A model generated the notes under the pieces. The model worked only from the letters and a program-made list of their open reading frames with translations. It was not told the origin of the DNA and ran no database searches. A stretch of DNA of 64,000 bases from contig DASPWZ010000049.1 in NCBI GenBank assembly GCA_035637535.1, positions 42,539 to 106,538 on the forward strand. Reading direction: 5' to 3'. Below, piece after piece: positions 1 through 9,949 of the stretch; the stretch's first letter is position 1, and the number at the start of each line of letters is the position of its first letter. The stretch is from Candidatus Dormiibacterota bacterium. Its GTDB lineage: Archaea > Thermoproteota > Bathyarchaeia > 40CM-2-53-6. Both the position numbers and the translations under genes were made by a program.

Positions 1-308
1 TAGTGAAAGTAATCGAGGGCAACGCTCTCAAAGTTCTACCAACGTTAAAGGAAGAGTTCGACATGATTTTTCTAGACTCCGACAAGGACGTTTATCCTGA
101 CGCGTTCAAAATGTCCCTACCCATGCTCCGGAAGGGAGGATTGTTCGTAGCGGACAACGCTCTGTGGGGTGGAGACGTGGCTAAGGGTGGCAAGTCGAAG
201 GACACTCAGTCCATGATTAAGTTCAACCGCCTAGTCTCAGAATCTGCCGGAATGTCAACGGTTATTGTTCCCCTCCGGGACGGCGTGCTGGTCAGTCTAA
301 AGGAATAG
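1..308 (+). CDS. C-terminal fragment of a class I SAM-dependent O-methyltransferase (family 3, caffeoyl-CoA OMT-like); the gene continues upstream of the window
   Basis: The ORF is open from the window edge. It carries 'LDSDKDVYPDAF ... KGGLFVADNALWGG', typical of the O-methyltransferase family 3 C-terminal region. Confidence 0.5.
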   Translation, partial: VKVIEGNALKVLPTLKEEFDMIFLDSDKDVYPDAFKMSLPMLRKGGLFVADNALWGGDVAKGGKSKDTQSMIKFNRLVSESAGMSTVIVPLRDGVLVSLKE

Positions 309-385
309 CTGTCTCTGGCTGTCGTGAGAACCATTGCAGTCGTTGACGCATACAACCAAGGTCGGCAGAGAACGGCGCACTCTAC

Positions 386-393
386 ATTTTTAT
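386..393 (+). promoter_or_regulatory. TATA-box-like element (ttttatac) upstream of nrdJ; an SD-like 'ggaagga' sits immediately before the GTG start at 481
   Basis: AT-rich 'acatttttatacgaaac' sits about 90 nt upstream of the RNR start. 'gggaaggagtg' lies at 471-483. Confidence 0.3.
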
Positions 394-480
394 ACGAAAC
401 TGTACAAATCTCTTTAATCCAGTGGCGCGAGGTGTTAGGATACTTCCTCGGTTTTCATCGAGAAAACGGGATGGGAAGGA

Positions 481-3240
481 GTGTCAAATAGAATGGAAAC
501 ACATCAAATACCGAAGGTCCCCGGAGGGGAATTCAGATACCAGAGACGCTACACGAAACTGGGCATCCATCCCTACGATGCTGTAAGATGGGAAACACGG
601 GACGCCGTAATTACCGACGCTAAAGGCCAGGTCATTTTTGAGCAGAAGGGGGTTGAGGTCCCGTCTCTCTGGTCTCAGACTGCAACTAACATTGTTGCTT
701 CGAAATATTTCCGTGGACGTCTCGGGACCCGCGAGAGAGAATCCAGCGTCCGCCAACTACTCGATAGAGTTGCGAAGACGATAACGAAGTGGGGCGTGAA
801 AGGCCAGTACTTCCTAGACGAGGAAGAGGCTCAGATATTCGAGGCCGAGCTTACTCACATTCTTCTCAACCAGATGGCCGCATTCAACAGCCCAGTCTGG
901 TTCAACGTTGGGGTTGAGGATCGTCCCCAGTGCTCAGCGTGTTTCATCAACTCTGTCAAAGACGACATGCGATCGATAATGCAGCTCGCCATGACCGAAG
1001 GAATGCTGTTCAAGTACGGATCCGGAACAGGATCCAACCTCTCAGCACTCCGCTCCTCGAAAGAGCATCTCTCCACCGGTGGAAAGGCGAGCGGCCCCGT
1101 ATCATTCATGAAAGGCTACGACGCCTTCGCGGGCGTTATAAAATCCGGCGGACGAACCCGACGAGCCGCCAAAATGGTCATTCTCAACGCTGATCATCCG
1201 GATGTCGTCGAGTTCATCTGGTCAAAGGCGAACGAGGAGAAGAAAGCTTGGGCGCTCATAGACGCAGGCTACGACGGAGCTGTTGACGGCGAGGCCTATG
1301 GCTCGGTCTTCTTCCAGAACGCGAACCACAGTGTCCGCGTGACCGACGATTTCATGCACGCAGTCACTGACAACAAAGAGTGGCAGACACACTACATCAC
1401 CAACCACAAGGTCGCGGACACGTACAAGGCTCGTGATCTGATGCGGCAGATGGCTGATGCAGCCTACATCTGCGGCGACCCCGGAATACAGTTCGACACA
1501 ACGGTCAACGAATGGAATCCCTGCTCCAACACTGACCGGATCAACGCCTCTAACCCATGCTCAGAGTACATGTTCCTCGACGATTCAGCCTGCAACCTTG
1601 CCTCGTTGAACTTGATGAAATTCCGGACTCCTGAGGGAGAGTTCGATGTTGAATCCTTCAAGCACGCCGTCGAGATAGTCATCACAGCCCAGGAGATTCT
1701 GGTGGATAACGCGAGCTACCCGACTCCAGGGATTGAGAAGAACAGCCACGATTATCGTCCGCTGGGAATGGGCTACGCAAACCTAGGCGCACTGCTCATG
1801 TCGCGCGGCCTAGCCTATGACAGCGATAAGGGCCGAAACCTCTCCGCCGCCATCTCAGCCCTAATGTCCGGACACGCCTACGCAACCTCATCACTCATCG
1901 CTAAGAGGCTGGGACCCTTCAGAGGCTACCCGAGCAACGAGAAACCATTCCTCAACGTTATCGGGATGCATAGATCCCACGCTGGGAAGCTTCCGCGCGA
2001 GGATGTCCCGAAGGATCTCGTTGATGCAGCGGTACGGTCCTGGGACGAGGCCTTGTCCCTTGGGGAGCGGTTCGGTTTCAAGAACGCCCAGATATCCGTG
2101 ATCGCGCCGACGGGGACGATCGCGTTCATGATGGACTGTGACACCACCGGGATCGAGCCGGACATTGCCTTGGTCAAGTACAAGTGGCTAGTAGGCGGCG
2201 GGGTCATCAAGATCGTAAACGGCACTGTCCCAGAGGCCTTGAAGAGACTCGGATACTCAACAAGTCAGACGGATGAGATTCTAAGTTATCTTCAGAACAA
2301 CGACACGATTGAGGGCGCTCCACATCTAAAGCCGGAACATCTCTCTGTCTTCGACTGTGCTTTCAAGCCGTCCAAGGGATCCCGTAGCATCCACTACATG
2401 GGACATGTGAAGATGATGAGCGCTGTCCAGCCGTTCATCTCGGGAGCGATATCGAAGACGGTAAACATGCCGAACAGCGTGACGGTCGACGAGATCATGC
2501 AGACCTATGTGAACTCGTGGAAGATGGGTCTGAAAGCTATCGCGATCTACCGGGACGGGTCCAAGAGGACACAGCCACTGACGACGAGCCTCGACGAGAA
2601 GGAGAAGGGCAAGCCGCTAGAGAAGCTGGCTTACAAGCCTCTACGGAAACGTCTACCTGATCAGCGCGACGCTACGATTCACAAGTTCAGCATCAACGGA
2701 AACGAAGGATACCTAATGGTGGGACTGTACGCTGATGGATCTCCGGGCGAGATCTTTGTCGTGATGTCGAAGGAAGGCAGCACCATCTCGGGACTAATGG
2801 ACGCGTTCGCTACATCAATCTCTATCGCCCTACAATACGGCGTTCCACTAAGGGTCCTGGTCAACAAGTTCATCCACACCCGGTTCGAGCCGGCAGGGAT
2901 GACGAACAATCCAGAGATCAGATTTGCAAAATCCGTGGTCGACTATATCTTCAGATATCTCGGACTGAAGTATCTGTCGGAAGAGGACCAGGACGCGATG
3001 GGCTTGGCGAGGACGATGGTCGAGAACCATGAGACTCAAGCAAAGCTCGTCGAGCCGACCCAGAAGCTGGCAGAACAGAGAATCGTGGAACACGAGTCGG
3101 CCAGTCGCTTAGAGCCGGAGCTGTTGACGTTCGATCCCCAGTCGGACGCGCCCGCATGCGACAACTGCGGCATGATCATGGTCCGAGCAGGCTCCTGCTA
3201 CAAGTGTCTGAACTGCGGAAACACAAGCGGCTGCGGCTAG
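481..3240 (+). CDS. nrdJ: Ribonucleoside-diphosphate/triphosphate reductase, class II (adenosylcobalamin-dependent), with a C-terminal Cys4 zinc ribbon
   Basis: 919 aa. Class II RNR core motifs are present ('NPCSEYMFLDDSACNLASLNL', 'IAPTGTIAFMMDCDTTGIEPD'). A C-terminal CxxC...CxxC is present. GTG start with an SD-like sequence. Confidence 0.9.
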   Translation: MSNRMETHQIPKVPGGEFRYQRRYTKLGIHPYDAVRWETRDAVITDAKGQVIFEQKGVEVPSLWSQTATNIVASKYFRGRLGTRERESSVRQLLDRVAKTITKWGVKGQYFLDEEEAQIFEAELTHILLNQMAAFNSPVWFNVGVEDRPQCSACFINSVKDDMRSIMQLAMTEGMLFKYGSGTGSNLSALRSSKEHLSTGGKASGPVSFMKGYDAFAGVIKSGGRTRRAAKMVILNADHPDVVEFIWSKANEEKKAWALIDAGYDGAVDGEAYGSVFFQNANHSVRVTDDFMHAVTDNKEWQTHYITNHKVADTYKARDLMRQMADAAYICGDPGIQFDTTVNEWNPCSNTDRINASNPCSEYMFLDDSACNLASLNLMKFRTPEGEFDVESFKHAVEIVITAQEILVDNASYPTPGIEKNSHDYRPLGMGYANLGALLMSRGLAYDSDKGRNLSAAISALMSGHAYATSSLIAKRLGPFRGYPSNEKPFLNVIGMHRSHAGKLPREDVPKDLVDAAVRSWDEALSLGERFGFKNAQISVIAPTGTIAFMMDCDTTGIEPDIALVKYKWLVGGGVIKIVNGTVPEALKRLGYSTSQTDEILSYLQNNDTIEGAPHLKPEHLSVFDCAFKPSKGSRSIHYMGHVKMMSAVQPFISGAISKTVNMPNSVTVDEIMQTYVNSWKMGLKAIAIYRDGSKRTQPLTTSLDEKEKGKPLEKLAYKPLRKRLPDQRDATIHKFSINGNEGYLMVGLYADGSPGEIFVVMSKEGSTISGLMDAFATSISIALQYGVPLRVLVNKFIHTRFEPAGMTNNPEIRFAKSVVDYIFRYLGLKYLSEEDQDAMGLARTMVENHETQAKLVEPTQKLAEQRIVEHESASRLEPELLTFDPQSDAPACDNCGMIMVRAGSCYKCLNCGNTSGCG

Positions 3241-3837
3241 AAAGCAAGAGATTTCCTCGCCGAGAACTCCTCCAAACAAGACTCTTGTGTCGCGAGACTG
3301 AACTGCTTTCGGCATTTCTCTGCTGGTAACGGATATGTTAACCGTGAATGGTGACAGGGCCTTAACTAGAAAAATCCTAGGCGACAGATAATAACGGGCT
3401 GGGAAGCCACAGTTCTACTACCTCTGCAGGACCCGCATTACGAGAATGTTGCCTTCCTAGTCCTCGCGATCCACACTCTATCTATTCGATAGGGTTCGGG
3501 GAGAAAATCATTAACAGCAACAAGCGTACGGGACGTCAATAGATAGGAGTAGAACGGGCGAATTGTTCAAGGTGACCAGCCGACGGAATGGCTAGACAAG
3601 AAGGGGATAGGTCATCACGTTGCATCATGCCCTTGCTGGAGATGCCACCTTTTCAGACTAATCGGGTTAGCCTCAGCTGGAAGACTAGCGGAGGCCGAGT
3701 CCAGATTTCAACCGCAGAGCGCTAGCCTCTCGACTAGACTGGAGCTGCCCCAGCCGGCGAGAGCCGCTGAAACAGCCGAAGCCCTGGCTCTTCGAAGTCG
3801 CTGGCTGATTCTCGGGGTTGTACTGGTCGGCTCATTC

Positions 3838-5214
3838 ATGGCTGTTCTCGACGTGTTTATAGTGACGCAGGGCCTCCCGTCAATCAAGACTACCCTCGGA
3901 GCTGGAGTATCCGATCTTGAGCTCGTAGTATCAGCATACTCTCTAGTCTATGCCGTCTTCCTGATAACCGGAGGCCGTCTCGGAGACATTCTAGATCGGA
4001 GACGAATTTTTCTGTTTGGCATGACCGTCTTCACAGTCGCCTCAGCACTGGCAGGGTACGCACCCTCGGCCCCATTTCTTGTCGGAGCACGCGCGCTCCA
4101 GGGTCTCGGCGCCGCGTTAATGTATCCACAGGTCTTGTCAATTATTCAGGTCACTTTCAAAGGATCCGAAAGAGCTCTAGCGCTAGGTCTCTTCGCCGCT
4201 ATCAGCGGCATAGGCGCGATCACCGGAAACATCGTCGGTGGCCTTCTCATACAGCTCAACTTGGCAGGTCTCGCCTGGAGACCCATCTTCCTAGTCAACG
4301 TTCCAATCGGCATTTTCGGAGTCTTAGCAGGGTTCCTGGTTCTCCATCCTTCTAGGGCAGAACGAGCACCGAAGCTAGATTTGCCGGGTGTCGGACTGAT
4401 CTCCCTCTTCCTAGTCTCACTGATCCTGCCGCTCGCTGAAGGACAACAGCTGGGATGGCCGACATGGATCATACTACTCCTGTTCGCATCCGTCCCACTG
4501 CTCGGGGTCTTCGTTCTCTACGAAGGCAGAAGAACAGACGCTGGAGCTGACCCTCTGGTCGACATGGACCTGTTCAAACACCGGTCGTTCGCGGTGGGCA
4601 CGCCTCTCGTCATCCTCTACTACGTTGGAGCAAGCGGGCTCTTCTTCACCTTCGTCCTGTTCCTACAATCAGGCCTCGGATTCTCGCCCATAGATTCCGG
4701 ACTCGCATTCGCCGCTATCAACACCGGCTTCATCACAGCATCACTCCTCGGCCCACGACTCATCCCGCGACTCGGCAACCGTCTCCTGAGCCTCGCATAC
4801 GTCTTGCAAGCCGCGGGCTTGATCTGGACAATGTTCACCGTCACCTCCTATGGGACCGGACTCACGCTGTACGAACTAGCGGCCCCGCTCATAGTATTCG
4901 GACTAGGCGCCGGCTTTGCACTCTCACCACTCCTAGGAATTATTCTATCGGGAGTCCCGAGCCAAGACGTGGGAGCAGCCTCAGGCGTAGTCTCGACTTC
5001 TATGCAGATCGGGAACACTGTCGGCATCTCGCTGTTCGGACTACTCTTCTACCGCTTCCTCAGCAGCCAACTATCATCAACCCCCATCTCATACCTAGAC
5101 TCGTTCAAGCTGACTCTCCCCTTCTTGATCATACCATCAATCTCGTCCTTTCTCATAGTCTTCCTCCTCACACAGCATCGTGCAAGGCAGATCATCCACC
5201 GCCTGGAGGCCTGA
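3838..5214 (+). CDS. MFS transporter (DHA2-like drug:H+ antiporter family). The annotated ATG lies inside predicted TM1, and the frame is open upstream to about 3553.
   Basis: Polytopic hydrophobic protein with MFS motifs ('GRLGDILDRRRIF', 'LVGARALQGLGAA'). The upstream in-frame stretch 'LRSRWLILGVVLVGSF' looks like the missing TM1. Confidence 0.7.
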   Translation: MAVLDVFIVTQGLPSIKTTLGAGVSDLELVVSAYSLVYAVFLITGGRLGDILDRRRIFLFGMTVFTVASALAGYAPSAPFLVGARALQGLGAALMYPQVLSIIQVTFKGSERALALGLFAAISGIGAITGNIVGGLLIQLNLAGLAWRPIFLVNVPIGIFGVLAGFLVLHPSRAERAPKLDLPGVGLISLFLVSLILPLAEGQQLGWPTWIILLLFASVPLLGVFVLYEGRRTDAGADPLVDMDLFKHRSFAVGTPLVILYYVGASGLFFTFVLFLQSGLGFSPIDSGLAFAAINTGFITASLLGPRLIPRLGNRLLSLAYVLQAAGLIWTMFTVTSYGTGLTLYELAAPLIVFGLGAGFALSPLLGIILSGVPSQDVGAASGVVSTSMQIGNTVGISLFGLLFYRFLSSQLSSTPISYLDSFKLTLPFLIIPSISSFLIVFLLTQHRARQIIHRLEA

Positions 5215-5401
5215 CCAATAGGGTAAACCCTGACCGAAAGCCATTCAGATATTGCGGCATCTAATCAAAAACAGAAATATGAGTCCCAACCTAGGACCTA
5301 ATCCCTGTCTCAATCATTGATATTCTTAGAAAAATCTGTGGATAGGATTCATCCCTTTTTTATCGAAGAGCTCACGCAATTAGACCTGGTTGCTTGATGC
5401 A

Positions 5402-5830
5402 CTAATCGCTTGATCCGAGATCAAACTTTGTCATTATCTTCAGAATGATCTTTTCTGTGTCTGCCGAACGATCAAGCGAGAGGCCAAGAGACCTTCTTGC
5501 GGATAAAGGAATTGTCACCATTTTCAACCCTTTGTGTGTGATAAGCACGGATTCTGTGCGACCAAACAACTCGTCGGTCTGTCTCGCCATCTCTGTAACA
5601 ATACTTGACCAGAACCCAATCCTCTTGCGAAGGTCAATACTCTGGCTAAGGACGTTCTTTGTCCTCGCGGTTTCTGCGCAGCCTGTAACCTCTGCCCCTT
5701 CGATAAATGCGGCGACCCTAATCGATGGATCTGACTCTATAATCTGTTTGCAGACCGTATTATCATCGCGGTTTTTCTCGGTTGAGAGATTCTCCGACTC
5801 GAAGTTCCGGCCGACATTTTGGGATGGCAA
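5402..5830 (-). CDS. Hypothetical protein (142 aa)
   Basis: ORF with protein-like composition. It overlaps a plus-strand ORF (5445..5837) of lower plausibility. No family recognised. Confidence 0.3.
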   Translation of the reverse strand: MPSQNVGRNFESENLSTEKNRDDNTVCKQIIESDPSIRVAAFIEGAEVTGCAETARTKNVLSQSIDLRKRIGFWSSIVTEMARQTDELFGRTESVLITHKGLKMVTIPLSARRSLGLSLDRSADTEKIILKIMTKFDLGSSD

Positions 5831-6026
5831 GGCCTGAGCTTCGAGGTTCTCCTCTCACTTTGTCTTTCTTGTACCTGCTTTGGATTCAAAGAGTTACGCA
5901 CTAAGGCTGAGACCTCTTCCAAGCGGCGACGCCTTTATGTCCCTAAATCTATCCTGCACCAGTAACGAGATAGTTAATCGCCACTTGAACCGCTTTTCAT
6001 TAACTCGCTAGAGCGCTGAATACTTT

Positions 6027-6371
6027 TTGGACGAGAAATGGTTGGACCCTAAATCGGATTTCTCCAGCATATTTCAAGAGTCGGTTAAGGAAGGTTTGCG
6101 CAATACTCTAGGAGAAACGGTCATGCTAACGGTTGTGCCGCTTCTCAAACAGTCGCTCCAGACCTACGCTGAGAAGCCCAGCGAGTTTCACCGAGAGCTC
6201 CAGTTCTACTTCGGATTCGGAGCCTTGACATTGGAACGGATGATAGTGAAAGAACTCTTCCAGAAGCTGAATCTTCACTACACATCGAGTAGCGAGCTCG
6301 ACTTCGAAACCTCAATCGGACTTGCGAGGAAGGATCTTTTCTTGCTTCAAAGAGGAGTCACAAGAAAATGA
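6027..6371 (+). CDS. Hypothetical small protein (114 aa), immediately upstream of a KaiC-like ATPase and probably co-transcribed with it
   Basis: ORF. About 75-nt gap to the KaiC-like gene on the same strand. Confidence 0.35.
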   Translation: MDEKWLDPKSDFSSIFQESVKEGLRNTLGETVMLTVVPLLKQSLQTYAEKPSEFHRELQFYFGFGALTLERMIVKELFQKLNLHYTSSSELDFETSIGLARKDLFLLQRGVTRK

Positions 6372-6447
6372 CTACCGAAAGCAAACCCTTCGACACGCTA
6401 CTCGTCAACCAGTTGAAGACTCTCAAAACAGGAAAGAAGGACTAGCC

Positions 6448-7233
6448 ATGGCCCGTAACAAGACTGGAATCCTTGAACTCGATGAGATGCTCCGAGGAGG
6501 ATTCATGGACAAGGACGCGGTAATGGTTGCCGGGAGTGCGGGCACCGGAAAGACCACCCTCGCTCTGGAATATCTCGTGAACGGTGCAACCCAGTTCGGC
6601 GAGCCTGGAATATACCTCACCTTCGAACAACTCCCAGACCAGATCTATCGCGACGCAGAAAACTTCGGCTGGGACCTAAGAAAGCTAGAGGCCGAAAACA
6701 AGTTGAGAGTCGTGTGCACCAGCCCCGATCTCCTCCTGGATCCTGAGGGAGAAGAACAGTTACTCGGGGAAACGATCAAAGAATTACAGCCGCGAAGAAT
6801 GGTAATCGACTCTCTCAATCATTTGGAAATGTACGTGCCACGGGGCGATCTTCGCAAGGAAGCCTACCGGATACTAATGTACATCAAGACACGGGGAATC
6901 AGTCCCTTAGTGATCTGGGAAGCCCAACAGGGAACAGAGAGTTCCTATGCGGTTACGCAAACCGGCATGAGTTTTCTCATTGACTGCCTGGTCCTGCTGA
7001 AATTCGTGGAGATCAACTCTTCGATGAAGAAGGCCCTAGCTATAATGAAGATGAGAGGGAGCGACCATGACAAGCACTTGAGAGAATACGAGATAACCGC
7101 TCACGGAGTAAGAGTGGCAGCACCATTTTCTGGATATGAGGGGATCATAACGGGTTCCCCACACAGGTCATTGACACAAGAAGTCGCCGGAGCTTGGGAC
7201 AATGCGTTCACAAAAACGAAACATAAACAATAG
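6448..7233 (+). CDS. KaiC-like single-domain RecA-superfamily ATPase
   Basis: Walker A 'GSAGTGKTTLALEY' and Walker B 'RMVIDSLNHLE'. The start is placed at the internal ATG 6448, which is preceded by 'ggaaagaagg'. The first 42 codons of the ORF have no homology. Confidence 0.75.
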   Translation: MARNKTGILELDEMLRGGFMDKDAVMVAGSAGTGKTTLALEYLVNGATQFGEPGIYLTFEQLPDQIYRDAENFGWDLRKLEAENKLRVVCTSPDLLLDPEGEEQLLGETIKELQPRRMVIDSLNHLEMYVPRGDLRKEAYRILMYIKTRGISPLVIWEAQQGTESSYAVTQTGMSFLIDCLVLLKFVEINSSMKKALAIMKMRGSDHDKHLREYEITAHGVRVAAPFSGYEGIITGSPHRSLTQEVAGAWDNAFTKTKHKQ

Positions 7234-7280
7234 CCATCAAGAGTGTCTAGAAAAACGTCATTCAACCAAATCTCCACCCT

Positions 7281-8135
7281 GTGCCAGCGGTACGGAATGC
7301 AAGTTTGATCTCTCCTCACACGACCAGGCGTATTGGAGTAGTTCCTGTCCCGATTTTTGTCGCGCTGATCGCAATCCTTGACATGGTACTTCCCACCAGC
7401 GTAGCGGCAAGTGTAGCCTTCAACCCACTATTGGTTTTCGCGATGCTACAGACCCTGTTCCTTTTTGGAACTGCGGTCGTGGTCGCCTACATTTCTCTGA
7501 AGAGTTATTTGTCTGGAGGTTCGCGGACCATTCTCTTGCTAGGTAGCGGGACTCTGGCATGGGGTTTCGCAAGCATGGTAGCTGGCTGGTTGCTTGGCCC
7601 TCCAGGCGGGCCGAATGTTGCTGTGACCATTAGTAACTCAGGTGCCCTGTTCGCATCACTGTTCTACAGCGCAAGCGCTACAACCACGACGCGTTCAGGT
7701 TCAACAAGAGACTCGAAGTCGCGCAAATCGAAGTTACTTCTAGCCTACGGTGGTGCAGTCGGCTTCCTCGTGGCGCTGACAGTGTTCGCGCTTCTAGGCG
7801 CGACTCCTGCCTTTTTCGTTCCAGGAGCTGGCTCTACGTTGTTGAGGCAGGTTGTTGTAGCGACGGGGCTCTTCATGTTCTCGGCGTCGTCCATCCTCTT
7901 CATGAGGCTGTATCGTGATTCAAGATCAGGGATCTTGTTCTGGTACTCGATGGCCTTAGCTTCGACGACCATAGGGCTGGCCGCGTTCTACTTCGGTAGA
8001 ACTGTTGGGGATCCAATCGCTTGGACCGGTAGGATAGCCACCTATCTCGGAGGAATATACTCCCTCATTGCAATCTGGTCCGCCAGCCGAGGCTCACACG
8101 TTAGTCCTGCCGGTCCATTCACAGCTTCGGTCTAG
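7281..8135 (+). CDS. Polytopic integral membrane protein, unknown function
   Basis: 284 aa with about 7-8 hydrophobic segments. No recognisable motifs. Confidence 0.5.
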   Translation: MPAVRNASLISPHTTRRIGVVPVPIFVALIAILDMVLPTSVAASVAFNPLLVFAMLQTLFLFGTAVVVAYISLKSYLSGGSRTILLLGSGTLAWGFASMVAGWLLGPPGGPNVAVTISNSGALFASLFYSASATTTTRSGSTRDSKSRKSKLLLAYGGAVGFLVALTVFALLGATPAFFVPGAGSTLLRQVVVATGLFMFSASSILFMRLYRDSRSGILFWYSMALASTTIGLAAFYFGRTVGDPIAWTGRIATYLGGIYSLIAIWSASRGSHVSPAGPFTASV

Positions 8136-8254
8136 GGCCCTCGTAGGTGCCCACTTACCTATTTTCATCAAGTAAATGGGTAGTCTATCGTTGCATTGGG
8201 GAAACAGGCACGAACTAATTCTCTGGATCGTTAGCTAGGAGACGCTGGTTTCAA

Positions 8255-9949
8255 TTAGTCTCGTACTGCCAGATAGCTGTCGATAAGTTGAGGCACGACT
8301 GTTCGTGCCCCAAACCAAAACTCCTTGTTTGCCTGGTCACCGGGAGCAAACAAGTGGTCAAATTTCAAGCGATCTTCCTCAGATGGCATACGTTCTAGGC
8401 ATCTCAAAGCGAACTCTCGCAATTGACGTGCACTGTCTAAGCCAGCATTCTTAGCCACGTAGTACAGTGCCAGTTTTTCCACTTCTGCGACATCGCGTCC
8501 GGTGTCGCGGCCTGCAAGCCTCAGATTTCCGAGAGTAACGAGGATCTTGTCTTCCAAAGACATCGAAGGTATCTCGTACTGGTTATTGTCTGGTATCCGA
8601 GAAATCAGGTCAGAACCTTTTGGCCGTGAAGCAATCAGCGACTTCATCTCGGCCAAGCTATCGCCAGAGCTTCCCGCAAGCACGAAGACTCTCGGGGTCA
8701 CCTTTGAGGAATCAAGGTATGGAAGCAATGTCTCGTAAGGCCATGACTTGCCAGACTTACCGTCGACTTCGTCGATAAAGAAGAGACTTGGCCTTTCCGA
8801 TTTTTCGGTAGCGGATAGGATTGAGCGAGCCTCCGATTCTTCGACTTCAGCTAAGTTCAAGTGTACATATTCGACATTGCCGCGGTTTCGTTCGAGTGAG
8901 CCTTGCATCTTTTCCGTCTTGGGCTTGGGATGAGCAAGTGTTTCGGTTACCTGTTTGACGAAGAATGTTTTGCCGCTTCCGGGACGGGCCCAAATCAGGT
9001 AGTTCTCATGTTTGGATGCGTTTGAAGATTGGAGGCCTGCCACGATTTTCTGTTTGAGATCTTTCAAAACGTTTCGAGTCTTCTCATTGTATCTCGTGTA
9101 GCTTCCTACCACACAATACTTTGACAATTCGATTTCAGAAGTACGCTCGAGAAGAGAAACTAGTTCCTTAGCTTGAGCCATGGATCGATCGTCCTCGCGA
9201 TCGACCCTTGCCAGTTCGGATACTCCGAGAAACCTTCTAGTTTCCACCAGGAACTCTTTCCACGCCTCCTCATCTTCCATGAGAATGTGGTTTCTACTGT
9301 TCAACGGAACAAAGTGAGCATCAGCGATCCTGGTCGCGAGATCCCTGCCATCCTCGAATGGCAGGACAAGATCGCCCCGGGAGTGCAAAATCAGTGTTGG
9401 CACCGTTATTCTTGGTAGCAGATCTTGGACGTTGATCTGGAGAAATTCTTTGATGAATCGCACTGCGTTCTCTGGTGAGGTAGATTTTTTCTGTAACTCA
9501 GTGAACCAGTGTCGTTCCTCGACCTTTCCATCAGGCATGAAGATTGATGTGAACAACTGTTCATACGCGGGGTTACCTGTTCCCCAGCCGACCCTCGTCA
9601 GGGTCAGCATAGCATTCAACTCTTCAAGATCCCTCATCGACGATCGCGCCTTAGCGCGACCTAGCGCGCTTGCCCCATAGAGAATCAGGTGGTTTACACG
9701 TTCAGGATGTCTTGCCGCGTAAGCTATACTTAACGCTCCACCATGAGAAAGTCCGAGTAGCGCGAATTTCTCGAGCCCAAGGCTATCAACGACCGCTTCC
9801 AGATCCTCTACCCAGTTCTCGAACGTGGAGGATGCTACTTCTCGATCGGAGAGGCCGCATCCACGATCGTCGTATCGAGTGTACGAGTGATACCTTGACA
9901 GCTCCCTACTCCAATGCCTCAAAACCGGACTGTCAAAGTCGAACTGCAA
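8255..9949 (-). CDS. Fusion protein: N-terminal alpha/beta-hydrolase domain plus C-terminal P-loop NTPase (AAA-like). The conserved hydrolase N-terminus continues in frame upstream to about 10072 without a canonical start codon.
   Basis: Hydrolase motifs: 'YDDRGCGLSD', nucleophile elbow 'GLSHGG', acid 'SRGDLVLP', His in 'NSRNHILMED'. ATPase motifs: Walker A 'ARPGSGKTF', Walker B 'LFFIDEVDG', sensor-like 'VFVLAGSS'. The upstream in-frame segment 'IAYSTIGSGPPLVKAATWLGH' matches the hydrolase beta1-beta2 region. Confidence 0.7.
   Translation of the reverse strand: MQFDFDSPVLRHWSRELSRYHSYTRYDDRGCGLSDREVASSTFENWVEDLEAVVDSLGLEKFALLGLSHGGALSIAYAARHPERVNHLILYGASALGRAKARSSMRDLEELNAMLTLTRVGWGTGNPAYEQLFTSIFMPDGKVEERHWFTELQKKSTSPENAVRFIKEFLQINVQDLLPRITVPTLILHSRGDLVLPFEDGRDLATRIADAHFVPLNSRNHILMEDEEAWKEFLVETRRFLGVSELARVDREDDRSMAQAKELVSLLERTSEIELSKYCVVGSYTRYNEKTRNVLKDLKQKIVAGLQSSNASKHENYLIWARPGSGKTFFVKQVTETLAHPKPKTEKMQGSLERNRGNVEYVHLNLAEVEESEARSILSATEKSERPSLFFIDEVDGKSGKSWPYETLLPYLDSSKVTPRVFVLAGSSGDSLAEMKSLIASRPKGSDLISRIPDNNQYEIPSMSLEDKILVTLGNLRLAGRDTGRDVAEVEKLALYYVAKNAGLDSARQLREFALRCLERMPSEEDRLKFDHLFAPGDQANKEFWFGARTVVPQLIDSYLAVRD

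Noticed and set aside
484-3315. Eight antisense or alternative-frame ORFs (60-100 aa) inside the ribonucleotide reductase gene
   Set aside because: They are fully embedded in a high-confidence 919-aa CDS. Their compositions are Arg/Ser/Pro-rich and typical of out-of-frame translation of GC-rich coding DNA.
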